Positions 1-7,750 of a DNA stretch of 64,000 bases are shown here, in pieces. Location: positions 2,208,001-2,272,000 of the forward strand of contig CAWJET010000001.1 of NCBI GenBank assembly GCA_963842085.1, read 5' to 3'. Made by a program: the position numbers and the translations under genes. Positions within the stretch are counted from its first letter, which is position 1. Each line of letters starts with the position of its first letter. Below the pieces are notes generated by a model. That model was given only the letters and a program-made list of their open reading frames with translations. It was not told the origin of the DNA and did not search any database. The stretch is from an uncultured delta proteobacterium (GTDB lineage: Bacteria; Desulfobacterota; Binatia; Binatales; Binataceae).

Positions 1-1465
1 CGGCGAACTGGGCGCGTGCTAGGTGGAACCAGAAACGCTCGGGGTGGTAGGGATTGAGGCGCATCGCCTTGCGGATCCATTCGATGCCGTCCTCTCCCTG
101 GCCGAGCCAGGTCATGATCTCGCCCTGCTGGACCACGATCAGATCGTCGTTCGGATTCAGGGCCAGCGCGCGCTGCTGGTGGTAGACGGCTTTATCGAAA
201 TCGTTGCGCATCACCGCCACAGCCGCGAGGATACGGTGCACGTCGCTGTCGTTCTCGTCCAGCCCGAGTGCGACTTGCAGCTCCCGTTCGATCTCTGATG
301 CGAGCGCCGCGACGTCGGCGCACCAGCCACTGCCCCACTGCTGGCCAAGAATGCACGCGTGCCACGCATGCGCGTGAGCGTACCGCGGGTCCAGTTCGAT
401 TGCGCGCCGGATGAGACTCAGCGCCCGCAGGTTGTCGTCGCGGTTCGAGCGGTGATGCAGGGTCTTGGCTTCTAGCACGCATTCATAGGAGACCATGTTC
501 GCCGGGGGCTTGCGCTCGGTGCGGCTGCGCGCGGCGGCCTCCATGCGCCCGGGAAGCGTGGCGACGATTGCCGAAGTCACCTCGTCCTGGATCGCGAAGA
601 TGTCCTCCAGATCCCGGTCGTAGCGCTCGGCCCAGATGTGGTGGTCGGATTCCGCGTCGATTAGCTGCACCGTGACACGCACCCGGTTGCCGGCCTTGCG
701 CACGCTCCCCTCGACGAGGTATTGAACGCCGACTTCGCGTGCGACCTTTTTCACATCCACCGCCTGTCCCTTGAACTTGAACGAGGTGTTGCGCGAAATC
801 ACGAACAGCTCTCGGAAGCGCGACAGGTCGGTCAGGATGTCCTCGGTCAAGCCGTCGGCGAAGTACTCCTGCTCCGGCGCGCCGCTCATGTTGGCAAAGG
901 GCAGCACAAGGATGGAGGGTTTCGCCGAGCCCGGTGCCGGGCCGGCGGCCACGCCGGTGCGAACCGTACGGACGCGGTACACCTTGACGCGCGCCGCGAT
1001 GTTCTTCAGCGGGGGTTCGCCGAGATCGTCGACCTCCAGCGTTATCTTGCCCGACGCGTCCTCCTTCACGCGGGACGAGATCACGATGCCGCCGTCTTCG
1101 GCCAGCGGTTCCAGCCGAGCCGCGACGATGACGCCGTCGCCGAACAAGTCGTCGCCCTCCGCCACCACCTCCCCCTGATGCACGCCGATTCGCAGGCGGA
1201 GGCCTTCAGCCTGGGCGTTCAAGACAGTTTGGATAGCGATGGCACAGCGCAATGCCTGCACCGCGCTGGGGAACTCCACCAGAAACCCATCGCCCATGGT
1301 TTTGAACAGGCGCCCACCGTGGGTGGCCGCCAAGGGCTCGATCACATCGGTGCGCAGCCGCCGAACGCGGGCCAGCGTGTCGGCTTCGTCGGCACCCATC
1401 TTGGCTGAGTAGCCGACAATGTCGGCCGCCAGGATGCCGGCGAGACGGCGATTGGCTTCGTCCAT
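1..1465 (-). CDS. Class III adenylate/guanylate cyclase with TolB-like and TPR domains (3' end runs off the window)
   Basis: Not in ORF track. Manual translation from ATG at 1465: MDEANRRLAGILAADIVGYS...FKTMGDGFLVEF...RIGVHQG...DLFGDGVIVAARLE, then KPSILVLPFANMSGAPEQEYFADGLTEDILTDLSRF (TolB-like) and TPR-like repeats (ALALNPND, AMRLNPYHP). Confidence 0.9.
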   Translation of the reverse strand, partial: MDEANRRLAGILAADIVGYSAKMGADEADTLARVRRLRTDVIEPLAATHGGRLFKTMGDGFLVEFPSAVQALRCAIAIQTVLNAQAEGLRLRIGVHQGEVVAEGDDLFGDGVIVAARLEPLAEDGGIVISSRVKEDASGKITLEVDDLGEPPLKNIAARVKVYRVRTVRTGVAAGPAPGSAKPSILVLPFANMSGAPEQEYFADGLTEDILTDLSRFRELFVISRNTSFKFKGQAVDVKKVAREVGVQYLVEGSVRKAGNRVRVTVQLIDAESDHHIWAERYDRDLEDIFAIQDEVTSAIVATLPGRMEAAARSRTERKPPANMVSYECVLEAKTLHHRSNRDDNLRALSLIRRAIELDPRYAHAHAWHACILGQQWGSGWCADVAALASEIERELQVALGLDENDSDVHRILAAVAVMRNDFDKAVYHQQRALALNPNDDLIVVQQGEIMTWLGQGEDGIEWIRKAMRLNPYHPERFWFHLARAQFA

Positions 1466-1587
1466 GCGTCAAACTCCGATGCGACGAGCTTAGATCAGCG
1501 GGCGCCTCGGGACAATCAACGCACATCAATGGGAGCGGCTCGGCGCCCGCGGAACGGGTCGACTGAGCTTCCCTTGTTATCTCCAGG

Positions 1588-1740
1588 AAATTCCCTGATC
1601 CCGCAAAATAATTCTCTGATAACATTTTGAAATTCCCTGATCCGTTGAGTAGGGAATTTCGACAAAAGCCACAGAGAACGCGCGGCTTTCTGAGCTGCCA
1701 AGTCGGTCTCGGGGGCCCGAAATCGCGAAAATTCCCTGTA
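1588..1740. repeat. Non-coding element with repeated AAATTCCCTG motifs and a 10-bp perfect hairpin
   Basis: AAATTCCCTG at about 1588, 1630 and 1729; GAAATTCCCT (1629-1638) is the exact reverse complement of AGGGAATTTC (1651-1660). Confidence 0.6.
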
Positions 1741-1744
1741 CCTT

Positions 1745-1960
1745 CGCTTTGGTTCCAAAATAGGGTCCGATCGAGATACTCGCGCCGCACTGTCCCGATC
1801 GGTCACTCAACGAAAGCGTGGGAACGAGGAGTACAGGGTTTCATCGCAGGCTTGCGAATCTGCGGGTACGCGAAGTCGATGAGATCAAAGTCATTCAGCG
1901 AAACAGTGGATCGTGATCTGATGAGAGGTACCGCGGCGCTCTTTGCTTGGCGAACGTTCT
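1745..1960 (-). pseudogene. Integrase-core (rve-type) transposase, degraded C-terminal fragment
   Basis: Minus-strand fragments FAKQRAPRYLSSDHDPLFR* and KPCTPRSHAFVE*PIGTVRREYLDRTLFWNQS resemble the DDE integrase-core region; internal stops present. Confidence 0.8.
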
Positions 1961-2027
1961 GCTGATCGCGATCTATGTGATTTATCCCGGTCGGCCGCAC
2001 CTATGGCATTCTGCGTCCTGAGTCGAA

Positions 2028-2705
2028 CTATCCTCGCGCGCTTGCAGTTCTGGAACGTTCGATACGGGATTGTAGTTGCTCGGCCATCGCGATCAGGCCG
2101 GTAGTGACGAGATCGAATGCCTCTTCGAAGTCGAGCCTGTCCGGCTCTATTTCCCGTGCGATGAACAGACCGTCCGCCACCGCCATTGATATCGTGGCTA
2201 GCGCCCGGATGCCTGCCCGATCGAGTCCTTTGAAGAACTGCCCGTATGACTCGAGCATTCGGCGATAAGCCTCCGCGCGAACCTGGAGAAAGAGCGTGCG
2301 CGCTGAAGCCTCCTTTGGGCGCCGCTCCAGCGCGAGCATCAGGCCGAGCCGCAGGAAATCCGGCGACTCGAGGAGCGCCCGCCCCGTGCGGCGCATGGCC
2401 AATCTAAAGCGTTCTTTACTCGCAACTCCTTCTTTCGGCAGCACCCAAGCGCTCATTCCTTCGAGCCATCGATTGAAGCTGCGCTCGATTACTCGGGCCA
2501 GCAGGTGATCCTTGTCCTCGAAGTGCCAGTAGATGGAACTCGCGGGAAGGCCCGAGCGCGCGCTGACAAGTGCGATGCTGGTGCCTTCGTAGCCGCGCTC
2601 GCTGGCGATCTCGGCGGCAGCGTCGAGGATCCGCTGGCGCGAGGCCTCGCCGTTTGCGCGCTTTTGGCGGGCGACGGCATGAATTCGCTTCTGTGGCCTT
2701 GACAT
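2028..2705 (-). CDS. TetR/AcrR family regulator, divergent from the aromatic dioxygenase operon
   Basis: HTH: RILDAAAEIASERGYEGTSIALVSARSGLPASSIYWHFEDKDHLL. Confidence 0.92.
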   Translation of the reverse strand: MSRPQKRIHAVARQKRANGEASRQRILDAAAEIASERGYEGTSIALVSARSGLPASSIYWHFEDKDHLLARVIERSFNRWLEGMSAWVLPKEGVASKERFRLAMRRTGRALLESPDFLRLGLMLALERRPKEASARTLFLQVRAEAYRRMLESYGQFFKGLDRAGIRALATISMAVADGLFIAREIEPDRLDFEEAFDLVTTGLIAMAEQLQSRIERSRTASARG

Positions 2706-2714
2706 GTTCGCGTG

Positions 2715-2742
2715 TTGAGCTTACCGTAGCGGTCGCTACAAT
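2715..2742 (+). promoter_or_regulatory. Putative sigma70 promoter with TetR operator
   Basis: TTGAGC (2715-2720)-N16-TACAAT (2737-2742); perfect inverted repeat GTAGCG-GT-CGCTAC (2726-2739) in the spacer, overlapping the -10. Confidence 0.6.
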
Positions 2743-2824
2743 TCAAATGCAGAGCGGATATTTCAATAGCATGCCGGTGTGGTAGCGTGGCCTCGGCGCA
2801 TACCACACCCAAGGAAGATTCCGA

Positions 2825-4195
2825 ATGACCCCGCAGAACGCAGAATTCGACGAGCTGGTTTCGCTCGAACGGGGCGAAATCGATCGGCGCATCTACAGCG
2901 ACCCCGCGCTTTTCGAGCTCGAGATGGAGCGAATCTTTGCGCGCTGCTGGCTTTTCCTCTGTCACGAGTCGCAGATTCCCCAGCCCGGCGATTTCTTCCA
3001 GTCGGTGATGGGCCGCGACAATGTGCTCGTCGTCCGCCAGAAAGACGGCTCGATCAAGGCGATGCTCAACACCTGTGCGCATCGCGGCAACGCCGTCTGC
3101 CGCGCCGAAGAAGGCAACGCGAAGAGCTTCCTCTGCACCTATCACGGATGGTCCTACGGCATCGACGGCCGCCTGAACGGTGTACCCGGGCTGAAAACCT
3201 TTTACAGAGGCGAGTTGGATAAATCGCGCCACGGGCTGGCTCAGGTGGCGCAGGTGGCCAATTACAAGGGATTCATATTCGGCACTGAGGATGCCTCCGC
3301 GCCGCCATTGAAAGAATACCTTGGCGCGACTGGCCGACTCGGCCTTGACCTGATTGCTTTGCGGGGCGACATGGAAGTCGTCCCCGGTATTCAGAAGTTT
3401 GTAATCGAGTGTAACTGGAAGATCGCCGTCGATAATCTCTTCGACTGGTATCATCCGCAGATATCCCACGCCTCCGCATTTCAGCCTGGTGTTCTTCCGG
3501 CAGGGCCGGAGCCCACGGGCGGCTTTGAACGAATCGACATGGGCGGGGTCAACATGCAGAGCGGTGCTGGTCTCGATCTTCCCGGAAACGGCATCGCCGG
3601 CACGAAGTTCGAGACACTCGTGGTGCTCGGCGAGTACGGGCACGCGATCGCCGGTCCGAGTACATCTTCGTCAGGCTATTTCGAATTCGACCCAAGTTGG
3701 CGAGGCAACCCGCAGGCGCAGGCTGGACTCGGCCCGGTCGGCAGCCGGGTAGCAGGCCATCCGAATATCTTTCCGACGAGTTGGGTATCTACCACTCTCC
3801 CTCAAATTTCGTTGCGAATCCCGCGCGATCCGACTCATACCGAGATTTGGTGGTTCACGTTCGTCGATCGCAACGCGCCGCGCGAGACTCGCGATTTCAT
3901 TGTGACCATGGCCAATCGGGTTTTTGGTCCGGCAGGCGTTCTCGAACAGGACGATGGGGAGAATTGGGCGCAGGCGACAGCCCAGAGCCGCGGAACTGCG
4001 AGCAAGCGGGTGAAACACTTGCTCAACATGGGCCTGGGCCACGGGAAAATCATCAAGGAAGGGGGCCTCTCGCGAATTCAGGGGCTTACGAACGAGTACG
4101 GACAACTGTGGACCTATCATTCGTGGGCACAATGGATGAAGTCCCTGAAATGGGACGAACTTAGAAAGGCGACCACGCCGGGCGATTGCATATGA
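2825..4195 (+). CDS. Rieske aromatic ring-hydroxylating dioxygenase alpha subunit (HcaE/BphA-like)
   Basis: Rieske motif CAHRG...CTYHGW; mononuclear Fe ligands DWYHPQISH and EQDD; NWK motif. Confidence 0.93.
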   Translation: MTPQNAEFDELVSLERGEIDRRIYSDPALFELEMERIFARCWLFLCHESQIPQPGDFFQSVMGRDNVLVVRQKDGSIKAMLNTCAHRGNAVCRAEEGNAKSFLCTYHGWSYGIDGRLNGVPGLKTFYRGELDKSRHGLAQVAQVANYKGFIFGTEDASAPPLKEYLGATGRLGLDLIALRGDMEVVPGIQKFVIECNWKIAVDNLFDWYHPQISHASAFQPGVLPAGPEPTGGFERIDMGGVNMQSGAGLDLPGNGIAGTKFETLVVLGEYGHAIAGPSTSSSGYFEFDPSWRGNPQAQAGLGPVGSRVAGHPNIFPTSWVSTTLPQISLRIPRDPTHTEIWWFTFVDRNAPRETRDFIVTMANRVFGPAGVLEQDDGENWAQATAQSRGTASKRVKHLLNMGLGHGKIIKEGGLSRIQGLTNEYGQLWTYHSWAQWMKSLKWDELRKATTPGDCI

Positions 4196-4743
4196 GTGAG
4201 CACGCGGGTACGGAATCGGCGCAGCGCGAGGATCGGATTGCGGCGATGCTGCTGCAATACGACGTCGAGCGCTTCTACTACGATGAAGCCGCTTTGCTCG
4301 ACGCACATCGCTACGAAGAATGGCTCGCGCTGTTCAGCGAGGACGCGCGGTACTTCATGCCGATTCGGCGCACGCGTACGCAGCGCGAGATGGACAAGGA
4401 ATTTACCCGGCCCGGCGAAATGGCATTCTTCGACGACACCAAGGAGTTGCTCGCTGGCCGGATTACCAAGCTGAAGACGGGCCGTTCCTGGGCCGAGGAT
4501 CCGCCGTCGCGCACGCGCCATCTGATTACCAATGTTCGCATCGTGCGCGACAACGGCCGCGAGCTCGAGGTCGAATCGAACTTCCACGTGTATCGCACGC
4601 GGCTCAACTCCGAAGAGACGTCGTGGATCGGATCGCGCAAAGATGTGCTGAGAAGGGCAGGGGAATCGTTCCAGATCGCCGATCGGCGGATCTACCTCGA
4701 ACAGACGGTGTTGCTCTCGCGCAATCTGAGTAACTTTTTCTGA
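4192..4743 (+). CDS. Aromatic ring-hydroxylating dioxygenase beta subunit (HcaF/BphE-like)
   Basis: EAALLD..YEEWL, WAEDPPSRTRHLITNVR, C-terminal NLSNFF; ATG overlaps the alpha stop (ATGA). Confidence 0.92.
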   Translation: MSEHAGTESAQREDRIAAMLLQYDVERFYYDEAALLDAHRYEEWLALFSEDARYFMPIRRTRTQREMDKEFTRPGEMAFFDDTKELLAGRITKLKTGRSWAEDPPSRTRHLITNVRIVRDNGRELEVESNFHVYRTRLNSEETSWIGSRKDVLRRAGESFQIADRRIYLEQTVLLSRNLSNFF

Positions 4744-4744
4744 T

Positions 4745-5557
4745 ATGGGCTGGCTCGAAAACAAGGTCGCGCTCGTCACCGGGGGCGCTTCGGGGCTCGG
4801 GCGCGCAATCGTCGAGCGCTTCGTGCAGGAGGGTGCGCGCGTAGGGATTCTCGATCGCGCGCGCGATCGCAGCGAGGATTTGGCGAAACGGCTCGGCGAC
4901 GAAGTGCTGGCAATTGTTGGCGAGGTCACGGTGCTCGCCGATAACCATCGCGCGGTCGCGGAAACAGTTGCCAGGTTCGGCCGGCTCGATTGTTTCGTCG
5001 GCAACGCTGGCATCTGGGATTTCGGGATGTCGCTCGCTGCGTTGCCCGAAGATCGAATCGACAAGGCATTCGACGAGCTATTCGGTGTGAACGTGAAAGG
5101 CTACATGCTGGGCGCGAAGGCGGCGTATCGCGAGCTCGCGAAGACGCGCGGCTCGATCATTTTTACCGTCTCCAACGCCGGCTTCTATCCGTGCGGCGGC
5201 GGGCCTCTGTACACGGCGTCGAAGCATGCAGTCGTCGGGCTGATCCGGCAGCTTGCGTACGAGCTCGCGCCGAAGATTCGGGTCAACGGTGTCGCGCCCG
5301 GCGCGATTCCGACCGATCTGCGCGGGCCGCGCTCGCTCGACATGGGCGAGCAATCGATCGCTGCGGTGCCGCTCAAAGAGATGGCGGAGCGCGGGATTCC
5401 GCTCGGCAAACTGCCCGAACCGCGCGACTATACCGGCTCGTACGTGCTGCTCGCGTCAGGAGAAAATTCGTCCACCGCAACCGGCGGTGTGATCATCTGC
5501 GAAGGTGGCATCGGCATCAGAGGTTTCGTCGACGCGGCGGGCGGCCGCGACCTATAG
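4745..5557 (+). CDS. cis-dihydrodiol dehydrogenase (HcaB/BphB-like SDR)
   Basis: TGGASGLG, GNAGIWD, SNAGFYP.GGGPLYTASKHA, typical of BphB/HcaB. Confidence 0.9.
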   Translation: MGWLENKVALVTGGASGLGRAIVERFVQEGARVGILDRARDRSEDLAKRLGDEVLAIVGEVTVLADNHRAVAETVARFGRLDCFVGNAGIWDFGMSLAALPEDRIDKAFDELFGVNVKGYMLGAKAAYRELAKTRGSIIFTVSNAGFYPCGGGPLYTASKHAVVGLIRQLAYELAPKIRVNGVAPGAIPTDLRGPRSLDMGEQSIAAVPLKEMAERGIPLGKLPEPRDYTGSYVLLASGENSSTATGGVIICEGGIGIRGFVDAAGGRDL

Positions 5558-5575
5558 CAAGGAGAGAATCGAACG

Positions 5576-6448
5576 ATGAGCGCAATCGAAAGCCTGGGCT
5601 ATGTAGGGCTCGGCGTGAAAGATCCCGCAGAATGGGAAAAGTTCGCGACGGATATCCTTGGGCTGCAGAGCAGCGCGTCCAACGGCCGCCGGGTGCTGCG
5701 GATGGACGACTACGCGTTTCGCTTCGCACTGGAGCAGGATGCCTCCGACGATATCGCGTACGCCGGATGGGAGGTCGCCGACGCGAGCGGCCTGCGCGAG
5801 GTGGCCGAGCGGCTGCGCGCTCTCGGCGTGGAAGTTCAAGCCGCGAGTGCCGACGATGCCGCCCGGCGGTGCGTCACTGAGATGATTCGCTTTGAAGACC
5901 CATTCGGCCTCAAGTGCGAGGCGTTCTACGGACCTTCGATCGAAGCGACGCCGTTTCGATCGCCGCGCCCGATCGACGGATTCGTCACCGGCCAGCAGGG
6001 CCTCGGGCACATTGTCGTCGGCGCTCCGGATATGCAGAAGAGCCTGCGCTTCTACACCGAGGGGCTCGGCTTTCGCCTGAGCGACACCATCGACATGAAG
6101 TTCGGCGACATGAAATTCACGATGGCTTTCATGCATTGCAACGCGCGCCATCACACCGTCGCGCTGATTCCGTTCCCCACGCCGAAGAAGCTGCATCACT
6201 TCATGATGCAACTGCGCTCGATCGACGACGTCGGCTCGACGATGTATCTGGTGCAGGATCGCAAGATCGAAATCACCGCGACACTCGGCCGTCACTCCAA
6301 CGATCACATGCTGTCGTTCTACCTGCGCACGCCGTCGGGCTTCGAGATCGAGTACGGATGGGGCGGGCGCGAGGTCGACGACGCGACCTGGCACGTGCAG
6401 AAGCATCACGCGCCCAGCATCTGGGGCCATCGCCGCGGCGGGATGTAA
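5576..6448 (+). CDS. Extradiol ring-cleavage dioxygenase (BphC/HsaC-like, VOC fold)
   Basis: IESLGYVG, GLGHIV, HCNARHH, LHHFMMQ, GRHSND.MLSFYLRTPSGFEIEYG, WGH. Confidence 0.92.
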   Translation: MSAIESLGYVGLGVKDPAEWEKFATDILGLQSSASNGRRVLRMDDYAFRFALEQDASDDIAYAGWEVADASGLREVAERLRALGVEVQAASADDAARRCVTEMIRFEDPFGLKCEAFYGPSIEATPFRSPRPIDGFVTGQQGLGHIVVGAPDMQKSLRFYTEGLGFRLSDTIDMKFGDMKFTMAFMHCNARHHTVALIPFPTPKKLHHFMMQLRSIDDVGSTMYLVQDRKIEITATLGRHSNDHMLSFYLRTPSGFEIEYGWGGREVDDATWHVQKHHAPSIWGHRRGGM

Positions 6449-6481
6449 CGGGCGATGGAACAGGCACAGCTCAAGGAAATC

Positions 6482-6963
6482 GCCCTGGTACCGGTCTGTA
6501 ACACCGGATGAGTATTGTGCCGGCCGGCATCCTTGTTGATCTCGATGCCGAATGCACTCGACAATTGCTCGGCAACTTTCCGGCAGCCGAAGCGTGGATT
6601 TCGCCGCTTCATCTCGACGACCGCGTCAATCGCTTCTTTTGAGGGACCTTTGGGTCCAGGGCGATGACGCTTTCTCGAGTTGTAGAGAAGATAATACTTG
6701 CGCTTCACCAGGGCGTGGTAAAATCTCAGAAGAGTGGAAGGCTTCAGTATCACGGCCATCTTGCTCAAGCGTTCGCGTGACACTCTCAGCGTCAGCCGAT
6801 CCGTTCAAGTCAGATTCGGAGCACGTTGCCGCGAGCGCTTCATGATGAGTAACTGGTGTTTGACCGCGAGTGATTCTGCCGCCACTGCCCGAAGACCGCC
6901 CCTCCTGGCAAGCCTCGCCAGCGTGACCAGCAGATGGGCGGTCAAGATGAACATTTCTCGCCC
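6482..6963 (-). pseudogene. Integrase-core transposase, degraded N-terminal half
   Basis: (G)REMFILTAHLLVTLARLARRGGLRAVAAESLAVKHQLLIMKRSRQRAPNLT*TDRL...KPSTLL...RPGPKGPSKEAIDAVVEMKRRNPRFGCRKVAEQL...; in-frame TGA at 6805-6807, frameshift near 6520 (then ILIRCYRPVPG). Confidence 0.85.
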
Positions 6964-7053
6964 GGAAGCGAACTTTAGCGGTAAGTGAAGGACCCACAAG
7001 AGTGCGTTTCGGAAGTGGTTTCTGCCAGAACTAGCAATTCGCCACAGACGGGT

Positions 7054-7746
7054 TCAGCTTTGTGAGTGCTGACGTTTAAGGAATTCGATCTCTTCCTTCG
7101 TCGATTGCCGTCCGAGCGCCTGGTTTCGGCCGGGAAACCTGCCGAATCGCCGAATTGTATCAAGATGCAAGTCGGCTGACTTCCGGATTGCCGTACTTTC
7201 CGGGGATTCGCCGTATTCGTCCGCGAGAGCGACGGCCAGGCGCACCGATTCCATTTGATCCTTTAGATGTTCACTGTGTTCGAAGGGCAGATACAAAAAC
7301 ATCCGCATGACTTGCGGCAATTCGCGATCGAATCCGGATGCAATTGCGTGACGGCTGACCTCGCGTGCTTTAGCGTCCGTCGCAAACGCTCGCGCGGTGT
7401 CGCGGAACATGTTGCGTGGAAATTGATCCAGCAATAATACCAGCGCGAGACAACTTCTGGGGGCTTTCTTCCAGCTGTCCAGGCGGCCAAACGCAGCGTC
7501 CAGGTAACTGTTGAGGAAAAGAGACTTACAAAGCCGGTCGAACTCGGGATCGGGCACGAACCATCGTGACCAAAGATGGACGGCATCCTCGGCGGCATGA
7601 CCGGGCGTCATCCAGAAATTGAGGATGCGCTCCGCTTGCGAAGCTGTGCGTCTGCTGTCCGGAGGGTCTTTAGAAGATACGCTTCGTCCGGCCTTTGATC
7701 CTGGTTTTTTCGCATCTTGGGCGATCTTTTGCTTGCGCCGCTCCAT
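7054..7746 (-). CDS. DUF924 family protein
   Basis: ILNFW...WF..DPEFD, LALVLLLDQFPRNMFR, FLYLPFEHSE, IRRFGRFPGRNQALGRQST.EE. Confidence 0.9.
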   Translation of the reverse strand: MERRKQKIAQDAKKPGSKAGRSVSSKDPPDSRRTASQAERILNFWMTPGHAAEDAVHLWSRWFVPDPEFDRLCKSLFLNSYLDAAFGRLDSWKKAPRSCLALVLLLDQFPRNMFRDTARAFATDAKAREVSRHAIASGFDRELPQVMRMFLYLPFEHSEHLKDQMESVRLAVALADEYGESPESTAIRKSADLHLDTIRRFGRFPGRNQALGRQSTKEEIEFLKRQHSQS

Positions 7747-7750
7747 CGCC

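Noticed and set aside
23-1408. Plus-strand ORFs 23-298, 722-1408 and 771-1178
   Set aside because: Antisense shadows of the minus-strand cyclase gene, which has clear motifs.
6805-6807. In-frame TGA in the transposase (also TGA near 1806) as possible selenocysteine
   Set aside because: Not at a Cys-equivalent position, no SECIS, and surrounded by other decay; ordinary nonsense mutations.
1668-7048. GCCACAGA at 1668 and 7041 as a target-site duplication or element ends
   Set aside because: An 8-bp match over this distance can arise by chance, and its position does not bracket the cassette cleanly.
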